Below, in pieces: positions 47,449 through 58,304 of a DNA stretch of 64,000 nucleotides. The notes below the pieces were generated by a model that was not told the origin of the DNA, did no database searches, and was given only the letters and a program-made list of their open reading frames with translations. Within the stretch, counting starts at the first letter, position 1. Every line of letters starts with the position of its first letter. Position numbers and translations under genes: made by a program. The DNA is from Diplonema japonicum (lineage: Eukaryota > Protista > Euglenozoa: Diplonemea), in the NCBI GenBank assembly GCA_964019335.1, contig OZ025672.1, positions 186,001-250,000 on the forward strand. Direction: 5' to 3'.

Positions 47449-48186
47449 TCACTCCTTCAAGCATTTCGCCGTTACTTTCTTTTTTATTGTTGTGAAGCCC
47501 ATGCTCACGCTGATCCCGATGTCGAGGAGGATGGAGTGGGCTGAAGATTTTTTGAGATCTACGCTGGTGACGACGGTGCCCTTCAAGCCCTCCATGAGCT
47601 CCTTCCCGCACTGGATCGCCCCACATTGTTTCAGTGTGTACGGGATGCTCTCGATGGTGTAGGTGGAGAAGGACTTCACAGTGACCGTGAGGTGTGTGTC
47701 CGAAGTGATGTGCAACGTGACATGTATGGTGGCACCAACAGCCGATCCCGTGCCTATATACGTCCCATGGCCGAGGCTGCTTGGCAATTCTGTTTCGGCT
47801 TCTTGCGTGGATTTCTTCCTTGACTTTTTTCGGTCGATGAAGATAGAGTTTGAACTGTACGAGGGCTTCCTCTCAACGGCAGGTTTTGTACGGCCTTCAG
47901 AAGAAGGCCCTGGCGACATTTGAGTAGGTGAGGGCACGTCACTCAGAGTATCAACATCTACAACTGGAGCATGCGATGTGTTCGATTTTCCCAAGCCCAC
48001 CTGGGTGAGTAGGATCACGCCTCCACAGACACAGGTTGCGACAAGCAGCCATTCAACAATCACTACAATGCCTATAAGCGCAAGCACGACGCAGAGGCCG
48101 TCCCATTCCTCTCCTTGGTATTTATTTTTCGCCGTTTTCTGCGGCTCAGTACCGTCCACTACCGGTTCTTCTATTATTTTTCCCAT
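47449..48186 (-). CDS. Hypothetical membrane protein (245 aa)
   Basis: Long hydrophobic segment LCVVLALIGIVVIVEWLLVATCVCGGVILL, S/P/K linker and a beta-rich C-terminal domain. Homopolymer-free coding composition. Confidence 0.7.
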   Translation of the reverse strand: MGKIIEEPVVDGTEPQKTAKNKYQGEEWDGLCVVLALIGIVVIVEWLLVATCVCGGVILLTQVGLGKSNTSHAPVVDVDTLSDVPSPTQMSPGPSSEGRTKPAVERKPSYSSNSIFIDRKKSRKKSTQEAETELPSSLGHGTYIGTGSAVGATIHVTLHITSDTHLTVTVKSFSTYTIESIPYTLKQCGAIQCGKELMEGLKGTVVTSVDLKKSSAHSILLDIGISVSMGFTTIKKKVTAKCLKE

Positions 48187-48983
48187 ATGTATAACTGGTG
48201 TGTTGTGAGTCAAAGAGATTATGGCAAAAGTTGTATAAAAAAAACAAAAAAATAAGCCCCCCCCTTAAAAAATATTTTGAAGAATGGGGGGTTTTCTCCT
48301 TGTCTCGCAATATTTTCTTGTTTTTTTTTCTTTTAGTGTTGCGACACTCGTCTGAGAGAGAGAGAGAGAGGGGGGGGGGGGGGGGAAGAGAAAGGGGTAC
48401 AATTAATATTACGAAATCATTAATAGGGGGGAGGGGGGGGGATCGAAAAATTCAAGTTTTTTCTTTTTTCTATTCCCCCCCCTCCCCCTTTTTCCACGGA
48501 TACTTCAAAAATTCAATTTACTACAATTCACTACGATTGGCAACGCAGTGGTTAGCAATGGTTTAAAAAAAAGGTGGGGGGAGGGGGACAATTCACTATG
48601 ATAACGAAGTGGTGGGTTTGCGAAAGTATATACTCTTGTCTTGTTGACGGCTGTCAACAAAAAAAAATGAATAAAAAAAAAATATAACGAGCTAGAAGGG
48701 GGGAATGAGTCCGCCAAGATGGGTTCTTTTTTCTTCTTCTTTTTCTTCTTTCTCCGTTCAGTATCTGTGCCGAAAAAAATCAGTTTAAAAAAAAAAAAAA
48801 AAAAAACTGCATTCTTGGAAGAAACTCTTCATGTTAGATTGATAAGCAACTTGTCTTGCCCCGGGGGGGCGGGAAGGGGGGAGATAGAGGCCATTCTTGA
48901 CCCCCATACACATTACAGATTTTTGAAATTTTTGGGGAGGGGTAATTCTTCTTTGATCTCGGAGAAAAAAAAAATTACTATTT

Positions 48984-49103
48984 TATTTATGAAAATCAGA
49001 TTACCTGATTTCACGCGTGTGGTCTCTCTTGATTTTGCTTAACGAGCTTTACGTTCGTGAAGCAAAAATCACTAAGTGAAATACGGCTGATTTTTCATAA
49101 ATA
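48984..49103. repeat. ~120-bp imperfect palindrome (fold-back element)
   Basis: Three nested arm pairs: TATTTATGAAAATCAG / CTGATTTTTCATAAATA, ATTTCAC / GTGAAAT, and TGATTTTGCTTAACGAGC / GTTCGTGAAGCAAAAATCA around a TTTAC loop. Confidence 0.75.
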
Positions 49104-49834
49104 CATCTTTTTCTTTACTGACAAGCTGCTTTCGAAAATAAAATCTTCACACCATTGTCACATCGATTCTCTAGTGATGTACAAGGAAATCTGACCCCTA
49201 AACGAAATATGCATAATCGTTCCTGCTCTTTGGTGTACTTGATCTTCCTCTGTATGTGAAGAGAAAGCAGCTTGTAAAGTAAATAAAAAAACAAAAGAAG
49301 AAAGCTTTATGAAGGTCAAGTAGCAGGTTCTTTTTTTTTTTTTTTTTTTCCCCTCTCGTGTCCACTCTTTGTTTCTTTCTTTTCTTTTCCCCGCACGGTA
49401 TATAAAAAAAAAAAAAAAAACATAAGAGATAAAAAAGAGGCCACTAGTGGCGCCCTCGCACAAGCACTGACTTGATTACAGGGGACGCACCTCGGCCACG
49501 TTGTAGAGGATGTTTTTCTCTTTTCTTTCCCTGTGCGGTTAAAACGGAAAAAAAAAAAAAAAAAAAAGAAAATACGGCCAGTTAATCAGATATTTTACAA
49601 TCATTTTTCGCGGTTTTCAGCATAGGGCCAGCACTTTCACTTTTGCAAGTGGGTCAACAACAGAGTTGCCGTGTATATAGTGTTTGCTTCAAGACACGCC
49701 ACTAAGATTTTACAAATTCAGTATAACTGACCATAGAGGGGAGACTAAAAAAAAAATATAAAAAAAAGAAGGCGTAGGAGAGGAACCAAGGAGTATTTTT
49801 TTTGCGGGTTCTTTTTTTTCTTTCTTTCATTTTC

Positions 49835-49868
<34 letters not shown>

Positions 49869-50429
49869 TGTGCCACAACAACAGCAAGGAAAAAAAAAAA
49901 AAAAAACATCATCCGCTTTCTCTCTCCGATAATTACAATAAAAGTATCATCTAAGAGGAGAAAAAAAGAGAGTAAGAAAAAAAAAAAAAAAGGATGAACG
50001 CCTTATATCTCTAAACTCGAAACCGTTTAGCACCCCCCCCTCCTCAATCATAGAACGCTCGGGGTTTTTATTTCTGACAAATAGATCTTTTTTGTTCTTT
50101 TTTGTTGTGCATTTTTTAAGGGAAAAAGTTCCAGGGGGTGACCACAAAAAAAATATTTTCTAAAAGGTTGATTTTTTGCATAAGGGTTTAAAGATATGGC
50201 GCGGGGGAAGAAAAAAAAAGAAAGATGAAGAAAAACAATCCTCATACCGATTCGTTGACAAACCGCCTTCAAGGTCTGAAAGCACACCATGCTTCGCGCT
50301 GCAATGAAGGTGAACAGAGAGAAAGAAGAAGGGGAAGAAAAAAAAGGGGGGGGGGAAGTAAATGAGCGTAAGTTCACGCGGGTGGTCATCTGCATCCATG
50401 CCTGCGAATTAAGAAACTGAAAGAAAATT

Positions 50430-50943
50430 AAACTATGATAGGAAACGAAGTGGTTAGCACGGCCCACTGCAAAACATATAGCAGGGACGTTTGGTGTGCT
50501 TCTTTTATATATTCACCTCGTGACTAACCCATCGCATTGTTCGCACATATATGGGGAAGTCTACCGTTATTTATTGCAAGTTAAGCCAGCACAAAGAAAT
50601 ATAAGAGACAAAGGAGGTGTTGGCGGCACCCTGCACAAGCACTGTCTACTTGATTACAGGGGGCGTGCGTGCGGTGTGCAGCTCAACCACCTCACCCCCG
50701 TAAGATCTCTCTCACAGGGTGGAATGTATTAGCAATGGAGTTACCATTGTTATCCAACTGCCGAAAGGCGCTTTCCCCGCGTAGATTGTTGCCGATTTAG
50801 TGAGCCGTCTGCAGATCCACTGTTAATCCATTTACTCTGAGACTTGCATGTCACCCTGAGCATCTGCAATACGTTCTTCCACTCGGGCACTACCCAGCGA
50901 ACAACACATCTGATGTACTTCTTTCAATCTCCATGTTATCCCC
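50430..50943 (+). repeat. Repeat family R1, divergent copy with unique internal segments
   Basis: Upstream module at 50430-50466, core start at ~50612-50690 and core end at ~50850-50943. Smaller fragments lie at 49439-49506 and ~48595. Confidence 0.8.
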
Positions 50944-51076
50944 TTTAGTAGGGATAAACGACAAAAAAAAAAAAAAAAAAAAAAAAAAGAAGAAGAAAAA
51001 TAAAAATAAAAATAAAAAAAATGTTTCGCAGCACGACTGGGAAATCATCCTGCATTTCTTACGCCCCCTCACTATG

Positions 51077-52018
51077 TCACCCCCACAACAGGTGCTCTAC
51101 CGAACTTTCCATAGTGAGTTTCTTCCCTGAAAGCTGTAAAGCGACTGTGAAAACCGTCTTATTCTTAAACAATAAAACCGCTTCTCCGTCGCAAGGAACT
51201 TCATGAGAATCCCGCGGCCCCCATCCGGAACCGTAGGAAAACCCTTCCGATGCATTGCGTACGCCGTTGTAGGAAAACGTGCAGATAAGGCTTTGAGTAT
51301 AGAATTCGCTGACCTGCATACTTACGATGTTTTCATAGGGTCGTTCAGAAGGCACGGAATCTTGACCAGCCGTGAGCTCCAACGGTTGCGAAAGTTGTTC
51401 GAGTGTAACATTATTGGCGAATATTTGTACACGATGACCAAAGTTCACACATAACAAGTGAGAATCCCTATCAACAGCACCACACACTCTTCTAAAAATG
51501 AGAGCGGGATGATGGTGGAGGTAAGCTTCTTGGATCACCAGCCCACTTTCCAATCCTGTAAGCCCAGGGTAAATCGAACCTTTAGGAATGGCAAGAACAT
51601 GATGGAACGTGAGAGCAACGTGGCTGGAGACTATATCGTCTAACCAAAGCCCGACCTGCTCCCGAACAGGGGGGCACTTTGGGCAGCTTCCCTTTAGAAG
51701 CTCGTCCATGGTTGACGTGCCGACAATGTCGAATTGGTGAAACCCGTTGAAATCGGTGAAGATAGCGTCCACCCCGACAGACGCCAGCTGCAGGCATCTG
51801 CACAGTGTGCCGTCGCCGCCTGTTGATGAGCACTGTGCCACCTCGTGCATGTGTTTTAACGCTTCCTTGTGTCCACCTTTAAAGTGGTTCAGCCAAATCC
51901 ATCCCGCCTTGTTGCTGATAAGGATCCCCCCGCCGCCGTACGCCATGTTCCCGTGAAACCACTTTTTGATCAGCCATTCTGAGGAGTGGCCTATGTACCA
52001 GATATTCTTGTGAGGGCT

Positions 52019-52053
<35 letters not shown>

Positions 52054-53220
52054 CCTCCCCAAAAAATTCATACTCAGAAAAATGTCCCATGGCCCACCGC
52101 AGGTTTTCCGTGAACACCAGTGTATCGTCGTCGACCATAAAAAACCAAGACGAAGCGGCGAATCTAATTTTTTTCTTTTTTTGGAAAAAAAAAAAAAAAA
52201 AAAAAAAAATAGTGTTGTGGCATACGTCTCGAACGCCCAGTGTAGGACGGCCGTGACACGGATAGATATGGCGGTGATGCCTTGGACAGGACGCAAAGGA
52301 CCTACCGTCCAATGGACACTCGGAAGAGAGGTGTTGATGAAAGGTGAAAAAACGTCAAGCGAGATAACAGCACGCGTCCACAGCAGCCGTCCGACGTTTG
52401 AAAAGAGCCAGTTGTGAAGAAAGGGAAGCCTGCGGACAATAGTCTTGGCAGAGGAGATCACAATGGGCACCGCATCAAGATGGGTGGAAGGTCCCTTTGC
52501 GAGCGGGGGGTAAGAAAAACTTGTCGTCAACGCACTGCAGCAACCCCCGTGCTCCACAGAGCATTCACTGTTATTCCACGAAGGAGGTGGAGGGCTGAAC
52601 ACGGGGGATATTGAATGTTCAAGGAGCTGCACGGCATCGGACGACTCCACATGAAGCCGCCATGAAGCCTTCCCACGGAACTCAATACTGCTGTCTTCCG
52701 CTTGCAGCTGCAGGAACCCATTGTTCAGTACAACGTAGTGCCCTGCAAATGCCGCGGCTTCTAATGCAAAATATCCTAATAAATATTTATCACCATCAAT
52801 TGAAAAACTGCTCGACTGATGGAAGTCTTCAGATGACTGACGTTCTTTGAAATGCACGGAACAACCTGAGTGGACTACATAGATGTCTTTTGTTGTCCCG
52901 CACAGCTTCAAGGAAACATGTTCGGAGGGTGATACAAGGCTGCGGACGAATTTTATCTGGATGCCTGGGTCCGTTACTACTGGGATGTTGTCGCTTTCTT
53001 TTTGTGTGGAGCCCCACATGATGTTCGTTTGGTCCAAGCCGTGGATGAACCCGCAGGTTCCAAGAGGCACGCGGGATAATGTTGCTTCCTTTTGGGGTTG
53101 GGACAAAGCTGTAGATTCGAAGGCGTCTTTGTCATCACGACTCAGAATGGTCATTCCCTTCGTCACCACATACACTGAAAGTACTAATGACCACACGAAG
53201 ATCAAGATCGGGAGTTTCAT
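51077..53220 (-). CDS. Type II membrane Fringe-like (GT31) glycosyltransferase with an AbfB/CBM42-like domain (~674 aa)
   Basis: Predicted introns 52164-52225 and 52017-52073 give ...WAFETFAASSWFFMVDDDT...GHFSDPHKNIWYIGHSSE...MAYGGGGILIS...GGDGTL..C...GFHQFD...TFHH, the Fringe/GT31 motif series. N-terminal signal anchor. Confidence 0.85.
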
Positions 53221-54244
53221 ACATTCAACCCACGGGTTTCTTTTTTTTTTTTTTTTTTTTTGCCCCTTCTTTTCTGTTTATTTTTTTGAGGCTTTTTTTT
53301 TTGTTGGAAAAAAAACTTTTTTATTTGGAAAATAATAATAGGAAAAAAAAAAGTTTTTTTTGGGGGGGGAAAAAAAATGGGATGGTCAGTCTACTTGCGG
53401 GGGATGGGGGAAAAAAAAGAAATTTTTTCCCCAGTCGAAATACCCCCCCGGTTCCATCCCACTCCCCCAGGCCCCCCCTTTTTTTTTGTTTCTCCACCCC
53501 CTCATTGACCCTTCGCCTAAAACCTTTAAGGTTTTTCCCTTTGTTTTTTTGGGGGGAGGATGAGGGCGGGAGAAAAAAAAAAGAAAATGAGGAAGAAATG
53601 GAAATGGTGTGGTGGGATGAAGAAAAAGCGGGAATAAAAAAAAAAAAAAAAAAGAGATGTACATCCGCGTGGAACCGTTTTCAACACTTTTTCCTCTTTC
53701 TTTTTTTTTTTCTTCTTCTTTCTTTTCTTTTTTTTTTCCCCCCATCCCTCTGAAGATCACGGGTACAAAAATCAAAAAAAAAGGAAAATAAAAAAAAATA
53801 GGCAAAGAAAAAAATGGAACCAGAAAGAAAGAAACAAATAAAAAGAAAAGAGCAGGGGAAAAAAGGGAATGGGATTCTGGAGAGGAGAGGCTTTAAAAAC
53901 AAACAAAAAAAGCCAGCGTACTCATATACCAAAATATTAAGATTGCTTTCCTTTTTTTTTTTTTTCTTCTTCCCCTCCTCCCTGTTTCATTCCCATTAAT
54001 AAAAAAAAAAATGTTTTTCTTTTTTTCTGTTTTGTAAAGGAAACAGAAGTAAAAACGAAAAAAAAAAGGGAGGGCTGTATTAATACTGTTTTTTTTTTCT
54101 TTTTTTTTTTCTTTTGCGCGCACCGAAACCCCCTTTAGCCTTTATAAAGAATGCACAAAAAGACCGTGCTTTTTTTTTTTTTTTTTTTCCTCTTTCCCCC
54201 CCCCAAAAAAAAGAAACGAATATTTATATATTTGCCATAAGGAC

Positions 54245-54330
54245 TTAAAATTCCTCACCCTCAACATCCTCAACATCAGGCTCGCGTTGCTTTGCGGCTT
54301 TCCTCAGGTATTCGATGAGAGTTTCCGTTT

Positions 54331-54374
<44 letters not shown>

Positions 54375-55724
54375 CTTCAAACCTTCTTAAATGCAGCATC
54401 CTTCTCTCTTGCGCTCCGTCCCATGAGGACGCTGACGACGTCAGTAAGCTTCATTACCTCGTACCAGTCTTCACCGTAGACTCTACCGTTTTTCGAGGTT
54501 TTATTCGCTTTCTTTGTCCACTTTTTCAGCTTAGCAGTGTACTCCTCTTCCGTGATAATAGGCTCCTCACGTTTTACTGGCTGCTCGTCAGGCATTTTTG
54601 CCCCACCAGTACCGAAGGAGAAGGTGAAACCGGATTTGCTAGGGTCATGCTGCTTTCTAGCATAGTGCGGGCTGCCCTCACGTGGTTCTGCCGTCCTGCG
54701 GCCTTGCGACTCCTCATCGTCGGATTTTCCACCGCGGAGTTTGTAGATCTGTAATTTTTTTTTTTTTTTTTTTTTTTTTGTTTGCCACCCATACCCTGTT
54801 CAAAATTTCGTACGCCTGGTTAATCTCGTTCATCTTGTTAGGAGGTGCGTCCGGGTTCCTGTCGGGATGGAACTCGATGGTCATCTTCTTCCATGCTTTT
54901 TTAATCTCCTGCGGTGTCGCACCCTTCTGCAGATTGAGCGTTTCAAGCGCCTTCTTCTCCTCACCCTGCACCATCCCGTACACGGAAGAAAAGCTTTCCT
55001 GCCAACCCATCTTGTAAAGCTCATCAAAGACCTGCTTAAGAATCTTCCCAGATGAAACCGCCGATTGGGCGAGATTTGTCTGTTTCCCGTCGTATTCAAA
55101 TTCGATGTAGTGAGATGTGACAACGATAGTGGCGGCGGTGGCGATGAAGAGGAATAACCGGACTGGCGTGGATTTCCTGCCTACGGAAGGAACGGAATCG
55201 CTTCTGGTTGTTTGGCAGATTGCGAAGAACCTTCGGACAAAGCTCTGAGCGTGGTAGATGAGCTCACCTGTAGTATCTTGCATCATTAGCAATTGCGTAA
55301 TGATCAGCCACCCTACCCCCTTGTAGGTTGGTACGCCAATAGTTTTCCTTCCGAACGTGAGAGCCGCCAACGACAGAACATTGGCAATGCCGTAGGCCGG
55401 CCATTCACCCGCGAAGTCCAGCAGCCACGCGTAGTAAGTGGAGAACAGAAGGTACGCCAGAAACGCGAAAAACCCAAAACCCCTGTCGCCCTTGTAAAAA
55501 CTACCGTTTGCCTCCCTCACGTACCCCGGGATTAAAAAGAAGTCCAAAGCGGAGCCGACACCAAACCCACCCAAACTCGTCATCCACAGCATGGCTTGAC
55601 CTTCCCTTTCTAAGTACCAATGATGCAGGCCGCACCACCACCCTACCAACCAGAGTACATACGTTACTACTATTGATTTTTGATAGGGCTGAGGGGCCTC
55701 AGCCGGGACAGAAGGCTGGCGCAT
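54245..55724 (-). CDS. TM2-domain J-protein, DNAJC22/wurst-like (~460 aa)
   Basis: KSIVVTYVLWL.G...GLHHWYL and SLGGFGVG (TM2). J-domain ATPQEIKKAWKK...HPD...EINQAYEIL. Predicted introns 54749-54794 and 54332-54382 extend the frame through ORF 54377-54595 to ...DVEDVEGEEF*. Confidence 0.85.
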
Positions 55725-55855
55725 TTTTTTTTTTTTTTTTTTTTTTTTTCGTCCTATTGAACAGAGATTGATTAAAAAAAATTTCACCATTTTTGAACAA
55801 AAAAAGCCCTCTTTTAGGGAGTAAATGTGTAAAAAAAAGGGGGGGGGAAGAAAAG

Positions 55856-56005
55856 CTAAGAATTGTTGGAGTAAATAATAGAGTAGCCCTCAGAGTTCCC
55901 GGGCAGTTGAAGGTTACCGGGGTTGATCACAACCTTCTGGTTCGCAGGGAGGGTGAAGGCGTAGCCACCAGGACGGGGTGCTGCGATACCTTGGCCGACG
56001 GGCAT
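55856..56005 (-). CDS. 49-aa microprotein, copy 1 of 3
   Basis: MPVGQGIAAPRPGGYAFTLPANQKVVINPGNLQLPGNSEGYSIIYSNNS*. Same peptide as copies 2 and 3, with only synonymous differences. Confidence 0.9.
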   Translation of the reverse strand: MPVGQGIAAPRPGGYAFTLPANQKVVINPGNLQLPGNSEGYSIIYSNNS

Positions 56006-56176
56006 TTTTCTCTTTTTTTGTTTTTGTTTTTTTGTGTGTAGACCTTTTTTTTTTTTTTTTTTTTTTTTTTTTGCGTAACGAAACAAAACGAAATTATTTA
56101 ATACAAATAAGAATAATAGTAAGAATGTGTAACTGGGGGGGGGGGGGGGGGGGTAAGTCAGCGCTTTTAATTGCTT

Positions 56177-56323
56177 CTACGAGTTGTTCGAGTAAATAAT
56201 AGAATAACCCTCAGAGTTCCCAGGAAGCTGAAGGTTACCGGGGTTGATCACAACCTTCTGGTTTGCAGGAAGCGTGAAGGCGTAGCCACCAGGACGGGGT
56301 GCTGCGATACCTTGGCCGACGGG

Positions 56324-56326
<3 letters not shown>
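56177..56326 (-). CDS. 49-aa microprotein, copy 2 of 3
   Basis: Poly(A)-ATG, 150 nt. 11 nucleotide differences from copy 1, all third-position synonymous. Below the ORF-track size cutoff. Confidence 0.9.
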
Positions 56327-56362
<36 letters not shown>

Positions 56363-56549
56363 GTGTTCTTCCTGCGTTGCTAGTTATCAGCTGCATATCA
56401 TAGTTCAAAGAGTTGCTAAAGTACTAAGTACTGGGATCGAGGTGTAAATGCCCCAGTTGAGTGTACACGCCTGAGGCGCTAAGTTAATGCTGCTGTTAAC
56501 AAACATGCTTTTGACTATCATTTTTTTTCCCCCCCTCTCCTTTTTGGCC

Positions 56550-56698
56550 TTAGGAATTATTGGAGTAGATAATGGAGTAACCCTCAGAGTTCCCAGGAAG
56601 CTGAAGGTTCCCAGGGTTGATCACAACCTTCTGGTTCGCAGGAAGCGTGAAGGCGTAGCCACCGGGACGGGGTGCTGCGATACCTTGGCCGACGGGCA

Positions 56699-56699
<1 letters not shown>
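56550..56699 (-). CDS. 49-aa microprotein, copy 3 of 3
   Basis: Poly(A)-ATG, 150 nt. 11 synonymous differences from copy 2, plus a TAG-to-TAA stop change. Confidence 0.9.
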
Positions 56700-56733
<34 letters not shown>

Positions 56734-56864
56734 TAAAATATGGAAGAAAATAGAGAAAAACAACTTAACAAAAAAAGGAAAGGGGGGGGGGGGGGGGGGT
56801 CAACTCGTTCCCCCCCACCCATAATTGTTTTAAACTCCTTTAAAAAAAAAAATCATGTCGCCCG

Positions 56865-57443
56865 TCACCCCGCAGCACGCCGCATCGTGGTAATCTGCCG
56901 GATCGCCTCGCACAGCGCCTCCGGGATGTCAGTACCCCCAACGTAGAGGCAGGTGATGCAACTGTTGTCCCGCACGGCATTGAGCAAGAGCATCCCTCCT
57001 GGGAAATGGATGCCTTTGCAGTTCGCAAGGTCGACCGACGTTACGGCCTTTGAGCATGTCAGTGCATGGGATAACACTTCCACGTCAGAAAATGTGAAAG
57101 TTGTTTTGGCAAGCGACCATCGTGAGAGGGTAGGGTGGAACGCAATGAGGTGCGCGACGGCTTCCCACGTCTTTGGTGATGCGATGCCCTTGCAGCTCGC
57201 ACCTAGGTATACACGAGTGACGTGAGTGTTATCGATAAGCGATCTACAGAGCTCGAAGAAATAGTCAGGTTCGAGGTCCTGCGCTGACAAATCCACGCAT
57301 TCTGTTCCTCCCTTGCGCAGTCCCGCAAGGACTACACCAGGAGCCGGGCGTTTTGCATCCATTTCCCTCTGCTTCACAACCTCCGGGTTTTCTGCATAAT
57401 CAGGTGGCTCATCCGTCCGCCACCAGTCATCTTGACGGTTCAT
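56865..57443 (-). CDS. RNI-like leucine-rich repeat protein (~192 aa)
   Basis: Repeats VDLSAQDL, NTHVTRVYLG, HPTLSRWSLA, SKAVTSVDLANC and NSCITCLYVG at roughly 28-31 aa spacing. Start uncertain. Confidence 0.75.
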   Translation of the reverse strand: MNRQDDWWRTDEPPDYAENPEVVKQREMDAKRPAPGVVLAGLRKGGTECVDLSAQDLEPDYFFELCRSLIDNTHVTRVYLGASCKGIASPKTWEAVAHLIAFHPTLSRWSLAKTTFTFSDVEVLSHALTCSKAVTSVDLANCKGIHFPGGMLLLNAVRDNSCITCLYVGGTDIPEALCEAIRQITTMRRAAG

Positions 57444-58153
57444 ACTTTTTTTGTTGTGGCATTGAATTAAACAAAACTTAAACAAAAAAAAAAAAAAAGA
57501 AGAATGAAAGCATTGACACCATTTGGGTACGGGTATGGGTGGTTAGTCGTTTTTTTTTTTTTTTCTTCCTTTTTTTTCCCCCCCGTTTGGATCGGTATTT
57601 CGTCGGATTTCTTTTTTTTTTTTTGTTTTTTTTGTTTTGTTTTTGCCTTCAGAATAGGAATGTGTTCTGCAAACTAGAAAGCATGGAAGAGAAGATGTAA
57701 AAAAAGATAAAGAAAGAAAAGGTAATGACACCTTTCTTGAAGGATAGTTTTTTTCTTGGGGGGTAGAGGTAACGAAAGCTCGCCGATGGGGAGGTGTCGC
57801 CAATCACCTAGGGATTATGAGGGGGGGGGGGGGGAAGAGGGGGGGGGGGGGGGGGGGTTAAACTGGGACATGTCGAAATACACGAGTAGTCGATTTTACA
57901 GAACCAGTCGCATCTTCTTTTTATTCAAAATGAAATTATCAGTCCAATATCTGTTGTTTCGTGTCTAATAGCTAACTCGCATCGATGTAACCCAGAAACC
58001 AAAAAAGAGGAAAAAAAAAATCCCTGCTGCCCTGAAAGAACACAAAAAAAAAAAACATTTTCTAAATAGATCCCTCAAGTTTCTATTAAAAATTTTAATA
58101 AAAGAAGAAAAGGAAAAAAAAAAAAAAAAAAAAAAAAAAGAACACTTTCCGTC

Positions 58154-58262
58154 TCAAATATCTTTTGTCTTTTCGGTGCCTTCGGTGTAGCCATCGAGGT
58201 TTTGTATTTCATCCTCGACAGCCTTGTTGACAAAACCGGACAGGTGCATCGCAGCCATACCT

Positions 58263-58304
<42 letters not shown>

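Noticed and set aside
55856-56699. CRISPR-like or non-coding tandem repeat reading of the triplicated unit
   Set aside because: The units are 150-nt ATG-to-stop frames with only synonymous variation. The context is eukaryotic, with no cas genes.
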